A stretch of DNA of 64,000 nucleotides from Carcharhinus amblyrhynchos (GCA_965287045.1 OZ336872.1:93744001-93808000); one strand, 5' to 3'; shown: positions 1 through 11,635, counted from the stretch's first letter. Program-made: numbers and translations. Notes: generated by a model not told the origin, from the letters alone.

Positions 1-539
1 TACACCTTTCCCTCAAGTCTTTACACAAATGTATTTACAATAATATTTACATACAACCACTTCCCTTTCAAAGTCTTGGATTTTACAGGTTCAGAAAGTC
101 TAGAGGCTTTATGGCTCTTCCAGATCTTGTTCTTTTCAAGTTTGCAGTTGTGGTTGTTTAGGGCTGATTCTGTTGATCTGGAGTTGAAGTTATAGTACTT
201 GGTGTTTCAGGTGTCAATATGTGATTTGTATCTTCTTGCGCTCCTTAATGTTGTATTTTTCTGCCTTCCTTGGTAAGATACCTTGGATTTAATCCTCTCC
301 TTCCAGAGGGAATGTTCCACTCTGTTCATTCATAGAGTGGCACAGGTATTCAATAGGGTCCATGTTCTTCCTGGAAGTTGAAAGTTTACCTCATTTTTCT
401 TTGTATATTCCTTAACCTGCAATTTAGTTTCTAATGCTGTGCTCTGTTTCTCCATGTGTACTTATGCATCCTTGAGTTTTGTTTTGGTGTGATGATGGTT
501 GCTTCTCTCCTGCTACAGGATTGACATCATGTTGTGGAC

Positions 540-699
540 AGATTTTTAATCAGTAAGGGAATTAAGAGTTATGGGGATAAGGCAGGAAAGTGGAGTTGAG
601 GAGAGTCCTATCCAATCAGTCGTGATCTGATTGACTGGTGGAACAGACTCAGTGGGCCAAATGGCCTCCTTCCACTCCTACATCTTATGGTCTTATGGT
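540..699 (+). mobile_element. CR1 LINE 3' end inserted in the Gypsy relic
   Basis: AAGGGAATTAAGAGTTATGGGGATAAGGCAGGAAAGTGG...TGGCCTCCTTCCACTCCTACATCTTATGGTCTTATGG matches the ORF2 end, 3'UTR and tail of the CR1 copies at 10460-10600 and 49310-49463. Confidence 0.85.
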
Positions 700-2766
700 A
701 CCTGTCAGCTTGAAGCTTCAGCTTTGTTGCTGTAGTTTTTCCTCGTTCTGTGGTTGCAGCTGTTTGACTTTGAAATTCAGACGCAACCTTCTAATGTTCC
801 TCTTTCTCCTCTATATCTTCTCTTTTAAGCATTTTGGTGCTCATCTGGAGGTTTGGCTGGTCTAACCAAAGAAAAATATTTTCTGCCAAGTGCAAAGGAG
901 TTGGAATAATTGCCAAGAGCGAGTCCCAGACTGAAGACCCAGTTGAGATCATCCACACTAGTGGACCTTTGGGGAGTCTCCATTTCAGTGCTGTTGACCA
1001 CATGGCTGTTTTGGTGTCTTCTGCTGTTTTGAGGAGGTTGAGGGAACACAGGCATCTCTGTTCTGAAGAGAAAAGGATTGAATGTGGATGACTTAGAGAA
1101 TTTTAAATTAATTGCTTATTGCCATACCAGAGTGGCTCTTGAATCATGCCAATGACAGGTAGTTGAATTCCTCCAGACCCATACAGTGGTGTGTCTGTCA
1201 TCTTTAGCCAGAGGTCTTTTAGTCATGGTTCCTGACCTGACGGGACCATCATACTGGCTCCTGTGTTTAACTTGAAATTTGTCATTGAAATTTACAGATA
1301 CGTCAACATTTCAAAATGTGAATCTGGGTCCTTAACTTCTCCTGTGAAGTATTGTTGGATGGCTTGATAGGGATCCCCTGAACATTTTGAAATTTTGGAT
1401 TGGCACATCTTTCTAAAAATATCCCAGGTGGTTGCAGCGAAAGCTTTGAACAGTGAATGCTCCTGTGAGGTCTTTTGATGCCAAAAGTGCTGACATGTTC
1501 TGCCACCATCTTGTGTTTTGCTTCAGTATTGCCTTCCTTAAAGTGGAGTCTTCCTGTCCTTTTGCTTTATGAGCTGGACTGCTGGCATTGCTCTGTGCCA
1601 TGGTTTAACTTCACCATGCAAAATGGATTGGTTTTGCTGGCAGACTTTCGATTGTCTGGCCATTTGGATGACATTTTCCAAAATCAGAACTTCCTTAGAT
1701 TGAAGTACATCTGAAGAGTATCGTCGTCCATCCCCATTATTATTCGACCTCTTATGAGCTCCAGCTAAAGGTCACCGTAGTCACAGTCTTAAAACAAATA
1801 TAATTTTATAACTCATTTATAAAAGAGTCTACTGCTTCCCCTGGTTTTTGGAGTCCCTTGTTAAATTTTGCTTGCTCCAAAATTTTTTTACTTCTTAGTT
1901 TAAAGTAGGTGTCAAAGGACTTCATGACCTCTTCAAAGTTATTGGAAGATTAATTTATTCCTCATTTGGCAATTATGTCATTGGCTATTCAACTTATTGA
2001 ATACAATAATGTATTCACTTATTCACCCTCTGCTTTTGTATTCAAACCTGATGATATAGTATACCTTAAAATCTTCCCAGTAACACCCAATTTTGTGCCA
2101 GGTCTAGCCCTTGCATCTGCCTTAATTAGTCTGGCAGTGTTGAATTACCATCCAAGGCTTTTTTCAGCACAGGGGAATACAGGTTTAATTTTTTTTAACG
2201 GCACTCATTTTTTTCTCTTTCCGCACTTGTCAGGATTTGCTGGACTCCCATTCTGGTTACAGAGCTATTTTGAACTTCAGCAATTATGCAGAAAATATTT
2301 GAACTGATTATTTTGGCCAGCTGGTTGCTTTCTTAAACTTGGAAAATCAAAATAAAACTCTTTTGCACTGACTTCTTTTTAAACTTTTTTTGTTTGTGTG
2401 TGGTCCCAGCTACAGCATTTCTCAAGCCACACTTATTAAAGCAATTGGTCTACCAGTGCCACCTGATTTTTGGAGAAAATTTAAAAGCTTATTTTTTTGG
2501 CTGCTGCTCACCGTTTTCCGATCTGACCAGGTCCTTTGACTCTACTTTTGATTGGACCTCGAAATGGACTTCCACGTGCTTTGGCAGCTACCTCTTAAAC
2601 TGCACAACAGATATTCTCTGCCCTTCAGCCTCCACATTTGTAATGAAGCTTCGAATGCGATCTCCGGTTGTGTGTTCGAGTTAGGCACACTGCCCTCTAG
2701 GCTAGACTGCAGTTTTTTACTTCTTCATTCTTTTGGGGTTTAGGGGTCCTTCACCTACTGCCTTCC

Positions 2767-3001
2767 TGTTGTAAAATTGTGTGCTCACTCGTGAAGAGGT
2801 CTGGGGCTTGTATGGTTGAACAATAACTGTTTATTAATAACACATTACTATATACATGCGTACACACGGTACAGTCCCAACTAGGTGCTATCTTCAGTCT
2901 AATTTCTACTAGACTCACTGCTACACTGTACTACTCCCATGTGACTCTCTACATCATAATGTGGGTGGTACTATTTCCCCAGTCCTATGTTAGCCCTTAC
3001 A
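2767..3001 (-). repeat. 5' LTR of the Gypsy relic
   Basis: Minus strand starts TGTAAGGG and ends TACAACA (TG...CA), has AATAAA at 2835-2830, and is followed by a degenerate PBS-like GGAAGGCAGTAGG. Confidence 0.65.
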
Positions 3002-4105
3002 GTTTTGAACACACCGATGCTGCACTCATTAACAAGCAGTCTCATTTTTCTACATGCTCCACAAGAGAACATGAAGAAAATATTATCGTGAAGACCACTC
3101 AGCCTATTTCTTTGGTGTTGATTCAGGTTCTGGCATTGTGCTGGGCTGAATTTTTTTGGATATGTCTCTAATTAATTGGGGCAGGACTTCTACCAGCTGT
3201 CCCAGGGTATCATAGTCTGATATTATGGGTCAGGTATTATTATCCACTAATGGTAGGAAAGGCTCAGCTCAGGAGAGGCTACCCAGAAAATCCAGATAAT
3301 ACTGCAGTCTGATAACCTGCATAGCACCAAAAGAAGTGGATGGTGATTTTAAAGGGCAAGATTGCAACTAATCACAACTGGGGCTGAGACCTTTGAAGGG
3401 TAGGGAAGTAAATGAAAATGGAGGGTAAAAAAGGTCTTCCTAGTCCCTTTTCCTCTGTCAGGGGATTTTGCGGCTTTTCCTCCGTTAACCACAGAAATTT
3501 CAAATGGAGATGTGGGGGAAAAGTGACAAGAGTGATTGGCAAGAGTAAAAAGGACAATCTCCTTTAGCTTTTACATACAAGGTGCAGGGAAAAGACAACC
3601 AACGATGCCAAAGATTGATGATGGAAAGAAATCATGTTGGAACAAGAGGCAATGTTATGCCGTACCACCTAATTTTTCCTCACTGTTTCGATGCCTGGCT
3701 TGCCTGATGTGAGGTGGGATAGTGTAGGAAAATCCAGACCTCAATGTCAGCTTCATCCTCCATCAGAATCAAATCTGCTCTTCTTTCACTGATCCTGTGT
3801 CCTGCACCATTTCCTCATATTAGAAATCAGATCGCATTGTTCTTTTCTCCTGGTTTGAAGTGAAAATGAAATATAGGATGGAAAATCCATCTGTGGATAT
3901 GATCTGTAATTCTTATTGTGCTTGTATTGTGTGAACTTCATTGCAGTGCTGCGCCAGATTACATTACCAAGATTAAAATCTCAATGCATGAGTGAGATGA
4001 AGTTCCAAAATATTGTACAAATAGCAAAGAGTGATGCATGATCCAAATAAAATATAGGTTTGACCCTGTTATATTATTAACAGTGCCTTTATTTTGCATT
4101 TTCAG

Positions 4106-4352
4106 GTAATGGGACTCCTGGCAAATCCTGGTGGTGTTCCGCACCAACCACAAACTGACTATGCTCTGTCACCATTAACTGGAGGTCTCGAACCTTCCAC
4201 TTCAGTTTCTGCCAGCTGCAGTCAGCGGCTGGACCCTATGAAACCTCTTGACAGCTTGCCCACCACCCAGTCATACTGCCCATCCACTTACAGCTCCTCA
4301 GGTTACAGCATGGAATCAGTGGCAGGCTACCAGTATGGACAATATGGGCAAA
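4106..4352 (+). CDS. PAX3: PAX3 exon 8 (C-terminal transactivation region), 247 bp, phase 0 to phase 1
   Basis: Acceptor TTTTGCATTTTCAG, donor A|GTAAGT. Translates [82 protein letters not shown], close to human PAX3 exon 8 ([30 protein letters not shown]...) and unlike PAX7 (VMSIL...QADFSISPLHGGLD). Confidence 0.97.
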
Positions 4353-5235
4353 GTAAGTGCCATGTAAATCTAAGCAATAGCTTTAGCTATAAAAATGCCT
4401 ATCCACCCCATCCTTCTTCGATTTGTATTAAAATGTGTGACTCAGTGTACAAACTTTGATGATGAATGTGAAATTCAGAGTGGCTTATTAGTCATGTGTA
4501 CAAATATGTTTTGAAATTATTGCAAAATATATTGCTGACTTAGTATGTTTTGGCACATAGTGCAACATCCCAGCCATATGCACAAACAGAGCATGCAAAC
4601 ATTAACAGGAAAATAGTTAGTATTTGGTCAATATCTTAGTTTGATTCAGAGAGGCCATGATGAGGGGAAGGACCAATATCACCGTAGAGACATTTCAGTA
4701 TTAAATTGGATTGAATTTGAAAAACAAAAGAAAAGCTGACATTTTTCTATACTGCGCTGTTGTGGTATCTGAAAATGTAACATTTTTGCCCTGTGTTAGG
4801 ATAGTATTCTCTAGACATTGGAAGCTACCACATTCTGGCCAGACTACATTCAGCTTTTCCCCCCTCTAGTTCTATTAGGTTGCCAAAAATCTGTTACCAA
4901 GAAAATACTTTAATCTCATGGCTGTAAACATCTGTCTTTTATAGCATGCAGCCAGATGATACTTTATTTCTTATAATAGCTGGGGTATAGTTTTAATTAA
5001 TGAATGAAGAACATTGCTGTTTAATTATTTAAAGGCTGCCCTATCATATTTTTAAGCCAGTTTTTTTTCAACCAAATGCTTACTTTGAACTATGCTAACT
5101 ACAGCTTAGTCAACATCGGCTGGGATTTTCCAGTCCTGTCGCAGCGTGAGACCCAACAGCCAGCCAAAAGCCTATTGAATTTTGGTGGGACTGGACAGTC
5201 CAGGCAGCGCATGTTGTATTCCTTTTATATGAACA

Positions 5236-5580
5236 TACAAACTAGGAGCAGGAGTAGGCCACTCAACCCTTCGAACCTGCCCATGATATTCAACAAGGTC
5301 ATGGCTGATTGTAACCTCAACCCCACTTTCTTGCCTACCCCCAATAACCTTTCACCCTTTGGTTAATCAAGAATCTGTCCAGCTCTGCCTTAAAAATGTT
5401 CAAAGTCTCTGCTTTCATCGCCTTTTGAAGAAGAGAGTTCCAGAGACTCATGCGTCACAGAGAAAACAATTCTCCCCATCTCTGTCTTAAATGGGTGACC
5501 CCTTATTTTTTATCAGTGACCCTTAAATCTAGATTCTCCCACAAGAGGAAACATTCACTCCACATCCACTCTGTCAAGAC
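5236..5580 (-). mobile_element. CR1 LINE 3' fragment in PAX3 intron 8
   Basis: AGGAGCAGGAGTAGGCCA...GGAAACATTCACTCCACATCC is the reverse complement of the CR1 ORF2 end and 3'UTR seen in other copies here. Confidence 0.85.
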
Positions 5581-6613
5581 TTAAAAACTACATGACATAA
5601 TATTTGTTTTAGCTGGTACACAATCAGAAACTTCACGCCATTTTTTTAAATTCTAATTTTCACTGGAATGGAATTTAACAAATGGCAACTTATTTTATGT
5701 TTTATTCAGTAATTCAGTGATGGAATTGAAATCTCTCTGCCTTTTTTTATTATTGCACTGGTTAATGCATTCAGTCAAATTCAACTTGATTAGTCACCAA
5801 CTCCTTTAAAATCAACAGGTTTACAACTCCATTAAGAAGAAGAAATTGATGAGGACACATTAACCAGTGCGCAGAGTGGCATTTCAACTGGTTAACGATT
5901 TTTGCACATTATGCTTATCTTATACTTATGAAGTTGCTGCAGATGACACGTTCACATTAATTGGTAAATCTTTCCTCTTAAACTTTCCTTCCTCCACAAC
6001 TGAGAAGCCGAATAGATCTGTGGTTGCGATTACAGTGTGACTCTTGGTGTAAAAAAGAGAGTTTGCACAAATGGAATAAAAGTTCATGTTAGAACGAAGA
6101 AGCCTCAACATAATGGGCTCTCTGGAAAGTCCACAAATTGAGTTAGATTGTTCAGATAATGGGTACAAAATATCCACAAAAAAAAATGCCACGCACTTAA
6201 AAGTTCTGCCTATTTCTAATAAAACAATTTTGTTGACAGGCTGAGTTAAAGCACTATATGTAATTATCTTCAGTGCAGTCAGCAGCATCTTGATATGATT
6301 AATTGCCGAGACCTAATATATGCTTGCCATTTATATAGAACCTAAGGCCAAGGTCTGTCAAAAAATAAAACAGCCACTGGAATGTCACTATTAAAAACAC
6401 ATGTTCCGATAAAAACCAAATCAGGCATCATCTTGGACAATATTCCTGGATCCGTGTGGTACTGTCAAACTTGTCCTAATATAAACAAAGTAACCCTCAT
6501 AGTTTTGGCAGGTCATGATTAGCCCTGACAACATTGTACCTGCATTTGACATGGCCCCTTGCTACGATGTTGTCACAAGAAGCATTCCTAAGTTTCTTTT
6601 ACTTCCATTACAG

Positions 6614-6648
6614 GTGCCTTTCATTATCTGAAGCCAGATATAGCATGA
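6614..6648 (+). CDS. PAX3: PAX3 terminal coding exon (exon 9, PAX3d-type C-terminus)
   Basis: Acceptor TTTCTTTTACTTCCATTACAG. Joined to exon 8 in phase 1 it reads A|GT GCC TTT CAT TAT CTG AAG CCA GAT ATA GCA TGA = SAFHYLKPDIA*, the mammalian PAX3d C-terminus as I recall it. Not captured by the ORF track. Confidence 0.95.
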
Positions 6649-8560
6649 GTGAAAATGTCCATAAAAAGTTGAAACGACCCTTGTTCTGGACCCACAAACA
6701 TAATGGGACTATGGTACCCACAACGGTTGGATCTGTTCCCCAGAAACAAGCCAACTCTTGTCTTTCTCTGATAATGGTTTTCATTTGTGATCAAAGGAAG
6801 AGTCCTTTGTTCTAAGTTTTGGTATAAATATTACTTCTGTTGCCTTTAGACATTGGCTTTTCTATTCAGAGAAGAAGGAGAAAGTTAATTTCCATTTGGG
6901 GCCCACACAGGATTTGTGGCAAACATTCAGTAAATGATGATGAGTAAGAGCTTTTTCCAAGTTCTTGCCACAATAATGAAATATTGTGCATTTCTCAAGC
7001 ATTCAATATTAATCATTTCCGTGTAACCTGATTATAGTGAAAGACTGATTTACAACCAACTCTACTAGTGAACGTTAGTTCGTTCAAGTAAGTCTTCATA
7101 CGGACAACTCTCAAAGAAGAAAAACAATTTTTCTTTTAAACACCCTATTTCTTTAAGTGTGAACCACCGAGCTAGTGGAATCCTATCTACTTTGTGGTAG
7201 CCATTTACTGTATTAATTTCTGTTTGCTGATTACCAGTGTACGAAACAATACTCATTGAGTCAACAATGCCTCATTGATTCTCATTACATTGTGACATCC
7301 CTATGTGGCTTAGTTCCAAAATTAACTTTAAGGGCATACTTCACTGATTTACTGAAGAGTTGTTTTCATGTAAATAGTTTAAACTGTTACAACTGAAGTA
7401 TTTTGAAATAGTAGTCAATGCCAAAACAATATCTAAACAATCAGCTTTTCTTCATAAAATCTACACGCTTACCATAAGAGCCATTCTGGTTTCTATCTCT
7501 CTGCGAATGAATAGATCAAAATTATTCAAACAAAGGACCAAGTAATATGAAGAAAGGGTTTTTCTTTTCAGAAATAAATGGAGCTGTTTAAAGTTCCATA
7601 ATTAGGTACACCCCACTATCAAATATCTTCAGTGCAGAAAGAACAAAAGCAACAAATTAACTCCACCTTTAGTGACGAAACAGCAATGTGCAATATTAAG
7701 TACTTCTGCGTTACCATGGTATTTGTTGAAAATATTGTACTGTATTCTATTTTTCTTGACATCATTGTAATTTAATTAGTTGACCATACGTTTACTGGCA
7801 GGTGCTTTGGGTATTGCTAAGGATATACAAGAACTGAACAAAATATACATTCATATTGTACATAAATTCTTAACTGTAAAATCTGATGTGTAGAAAGAAC
7901 AACATTGTAATGTTTATATCACAAACTGAAAACCATATCTTATTTTAGTAAGACTAGAGGAATGGTATGTGTAGAAGGCAGAAAGCTGAGAAATTGTTCA
8001 TAATGGACTGTTACTACCTTTCTGCTAAGTGCTTAAAATATAGTGGCAATTTGGACATTTCCATATAACCTTTTACAAATATGGTTCCAGAATCACACAG
8101 AAAGATTGGTAGCTTGATGTTTATATCCTTGTAGGAGTTTATGGTAACATTTTTCATGACTTTGTCCATAAACTTAATTATGATTATGATATCAACCTGT
8201 TAAGTTGTTGCATTGCAACATAGATATTCATAGAGAGACTATTATTTATTCCTATATATCCAACTATTTTAGAATTTAGCATGTATCTCATGATATGTAC
8301 ATTTTTGCTTAGCATGTAGTAACAAATTAGATAATTACTGCCATTAAGTACAATGATCTAGATAATATGACCTCTTCTGTCATATGTTGGTTTAAAGGGT
8401 GATGGAACTGAATGTTTTGTGGTGTCTGTCATCCAACCTTCTGTTTGACATTTGACTGCAAAATACAGCCTTGATGTAAAGATTCTCTTTCCTGTACAAA
8501 CACAGTGAATATTTACTATTTATAATAAAAAAATAAACAGCTAAGAAAATCAATCAACAG
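6649..8560 (+). other. PAX3: Probable PAX3 3'UTR (~1.9 kb)
   Basis: Follows the stop codon, is AT-rich, has no recognisable repeat, and ends at tandem AATAAA hexamers. The 3' end is inferred. Confidence 0.7.
8524..8537 (+). terminator. Tandem polyadenylation signals (AATAAA x2)
   Basis: AATAAA at 8524-8529 and 8532-8537, with TGTA upstream (CCTGTACAAA ~8491). A more proximal AATAAA lies at 7573-7578. Confidence 0.6.
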
Positions 8561-9499
8561 AATGTGAGTCCCATTTATTATACAATGTTAGAGCAATAGA
8601 TAACAAATAATATTGGCACTGGTTTTACGCTCAGCAATGAATGGAGGTCTCATTGACTTTCGGTGCGCTTTTAAACAGGGAGAAGGGAAGGGCATTTGGT
8701 GTGCTTTTAGGAATATAAAGGTGGTTGCAGCCACTTCAACGTAAAATTGGACTTCTCCAAAGACTCGTCAGGTAAGTTCATGACATACTGTTGAACTGAG
8801 CAAACAGACCAGGAGGCTTTCAAGTTCTATTCCTGTTTGTGTGTGTGCGTGGGAACTGATCTGAATGCAGGGTTTCAAAATTCACCAGAGTGCATCTGGT
8901 CTTGATTTGGCTTAAATATAAACTGGTATTTCAGGGTAAATTTTAACCCTACCTGTGAGAAACTGGGTGGATAGGCAGTTAAAATCTACTCGATGATTGA
9001 CCTGCTAATGTTCTGCCTGGATGCTGTTGTCTTTGAGCTTGTTAGTCTGAGCAGGTAGCTATAACCCTAACAGTGACTGGAGGCCTGCAAGCGCGCTGTT
9101 GTCTTTGAGCAACCATACACAAGATGAACGGCAAACCATTCCTTCATCGCTTACATCAAAATCTGGATACTATCTTAGAAATCAAATGGGATGGAGATGT
9201 AGTTAACCTCTGGGTTGATAAGGATGATCTGGGATTAAATGCAATGCCAAGGAAAGGACTATGCATCATTTTATGCCTTCAAACTTTTTCAGTTGTGACC
9301 CCATTTTAATGTTCACACTTGGTGCCACCCCGGCATGAAAATTGCAGGGGCAGAGGATGCAGGAGAAGAATTGTTGTGTGGGATGCGGATTCAAACATTA
9401 AGGTTACAGGCACAACAGAGGCTCTGTTAGTGTCAGTGATTGCACCTCAGAGCTCATTGGTTTAGGTCACGTTCACAGGCAAAAAAGAATAATGCACGT

Positions 9500-11087
9500 T
9501 GTCAATACCTTGGGTTTATCATTGACCAGAAACCCAAGTGGACTTGCCACATAAACATAGTGGCCACAAAAGCAAGTCAGTGGTTAGGAACTCATTTCCT
9601 GACTCAGCTATTTACCATTTATATAGATGATCTGGAGGAGGGAACCGAGTGTATGGTGTCGAAATTTGCTGATGACACCAAGATTGGTGGAACGGCAAAT
9701 TGGGCGGAGGGTGTGGACAGTCTGCAGAGGGATCTAGATAGGCTGGGCAAATGGGCCAGGAACTGGCAAATGGAATTTAATGTTGGCAAGTGCGAGGTGG
9801 TCCACTTTGGCAGGAATAATGGTAGGAAGGACTATTACTTACGTGGCGAAAAACTGCAGCAGGCGACGGTGCAGAGGGACCTCGGGGTCCTTGTGCATGA
9901 GTCGCAAAAACGCAGCCTGCAGGTGCAGCAGGTGGTCAGGAAGGCTAATGGGATGCTGGCCTTCATAGTGAGGGGGATTGAATATAAAAGTAGGGAGGTC
10001 TTGCTGCGGCTGTATAGGGCATTGGTGAGGCCGCAGCTGGAGTACTGTGTGCAGTTTTGGTCGCCGTACTTACGCAAGGATATTTTGGTCTTGGAGGGAG
10101 TGCAGAGGAGGTTTACTAGGCTGATACCGGAGTTGAGGGGGTTGAGCTATGAGGAGAGGCTGAATAAACTAGGCTTGTACTCGTTAGAGTTTAGAAGAAT
10201 GAGGGGAGATCTCATTGAGACATATAAGATGATGAATGGGATGGATAGGATAGAGGTGGAGAGACTCTTCCCGCTCAGAAAGGACAGTAGGACTAGGGGG
10301 CACAGCCTCAAGATAATGGGGGGGCGGTTTAGAACGGAGTTGAGGAGGAACTTCTTCACTCAAAGGGTGGTGAATCTCTGGAATTCTCTGCCCGTTGAGG
10401 TGTTGGAGGCTGCCTCGCTAAATATTTTTAAGACGCGGGTTGATGGGTTTTTGATAAGAGAGGGGATTAAGGGTTATGGGGAGAGGGCGGGAAAGTGGAA
10501 CTGAGCCACGACAGATCAGCCATGATCTTATTGAATGGCGGGACAGGCTCGAAGGGCTAGATGGCCTACTCCTGCTCCTATTTCTTATGTTCTTATGTTC
10601 AAAGCCTGTCCACCATCTACAAAACCCAAGTCAGGAGTGTGATGGAATATGTGCCACTTGCCTGCTTGGTTGCAGCACCAACAACACTCAAGAAGCTTGA
10701 CACCATCCAGGACAAAACAGCCCACTTGATTGGCACCACATCCACTCCCTCCACCACCGACACTCAGTGGCAGCAGTGTGTACTATCCACAAGATGCACT
10801 GCAGCAATTCACCAAAGATTCTTAGACAACACCTTCCAAACCCATGACCATTTTCATATCGAAGGATACATGGGAACACCAACGCCTGCAAGTTCCCCTC
10901 CAGCCACTCACCGTCCTGACTTGGAAATATATTGCCATTCCATCACAATCGCTGGGTCAAAATCATGGAATCCCCTCCCTAAAGCTGCAGCGATTCAAGA
11001 AGGCAGCTCATCACCACCTTCTCAAGGGCAACTAAGGATGGGCAATAAATGTTGGCCAGCCAATGTCCAATGGATGAATAAAAAATA
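9500..11087 (+). mobile_element. 3' part of a second LINE family (CR1/L2 group, called family B here), split by a young CR1
   Basis: 9500-9605 (LGFIIDQKPKWTCHI) and 10601-11087 (LSTIYKTQVRSVMEYVPLACLVAAPTTLKKLDTIQDK, tail GGGCAATAAATG...GAATAAAAAA) are contiguous in the copy at 62350-62600. Confidence 0.85.
9603..10600 (+). mobile_element. Young 5'-truncated CR1 (HER1-like) LINE, C-terminal half of RT, copy 1
   Basis: Open frame QLFTIYIDDL...SKFADDTK...GKWN* (stop 10502-10504) and (TTCTTATG)n tail. Nearly identical to 48454-49463. Confidence 0.95.
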
Positions 11088-11229
11088 AGAGGCCTTGCAA
11101 TTGATCGCTGGGCTGCCTCAGACAGTCGCCATCACTGTCGCCCCCTCCCTCACCCCCCGCCCCGCCACTGGAGGCCTCGATCCACAATTTAGGGACCCCT
11201 GTTTATGCACTGGGAATTTTAGCAGAAGT

Positions 11230-11475
11230 TATTATAAGTAAATACAGCATGAACCTTAAACATTTCTCCCTTAACTTCACTGGACTTTTAAAAATGCTTG
11301 TTCTCTCGGGAAGAGGACGATGATTTTAGAAGTATTGTAAAATGCAACAACAGTATTAAAACTAAATACACCATGAACTTTAAAGAACATTTCCCCCTTA
11401 ACATCACTGGACTCTTATAAATTCTTGTTCTCTGGGGAAGAGAACAACTTCAAAAATGTAGAAAAATAGAACAAC
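11230..11475. repeat. Diverged tandem duplication, two units of ~124 bp
   Basis: TAAATACA(G/C)CATGAAC...CACTGGACT...CTTGTTCTCT(C/G)GGGAAGAG begins at 11239 and again at 11363. Confidence 0.85.
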
Positions 11476-11635
11476 ATGAGAGAGCCTATTTAATTTGTAC
11501 CCATTGCAGTAGATAGTAGAAATATGGTTATAACTACTTAAGTACACATCTAATCAGGTATTGCTATTATATGGGCTATGTTACATTTGTGCCCAAACAA
11601 GGTATTTAGAAGTGTTGATAGAAAATAGCTTGCAA

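Larger units (their letters stand above)
1..3001 (-). mobile_element. Degenerate, internally deleted Gypsy/Ty3 LTR retrotransposon in PAX3 intron 7, antisense to the gene; 3' LTR runs off the window start
   Basis: Minus strand shows the 5' LTR (3001-2767), a Gag knuckle-like CNHLGYF (~1420-1440), protease motif FKLNTGAS (1276-1253; D>N), integrase-tail-like TRSGRAIKPLDFLNL* (~130-83), polypurine tract GAGGGAAAGG (14-5), then TGTA (4-1) matching the 5' LTR start. About 3 kb, so most of pol is missing. Confidence 0.75.

Noticed and set aside
2686-2704. CTGCCCTCTAG as a CTCF site
   Set aside because: Lacks the CC end of the core and lies in the Gypsy leader.
4094-4459. 121-aa ORF as a standalone gene, or as PAX7
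   Set aside because: It is PAX3 exon 8 plus intron flanks; the residues and the downstream AFHYLKPDIA exon are PAX3-type.
7790-7893. CAG|GTGCTTTG as an alternative PAX3 terminal exon (SALGIAKDIQ...)
   Set aside because: No polypyrimidine tract and no recognisable peptide; treated as UTR.
9440-10504. 354-aa ORF as a novel RT gene
   Set aside because: In-frame fusion of a family B LINE fragment and a truncated CR1; it lacks the N-terminal RT motifs.
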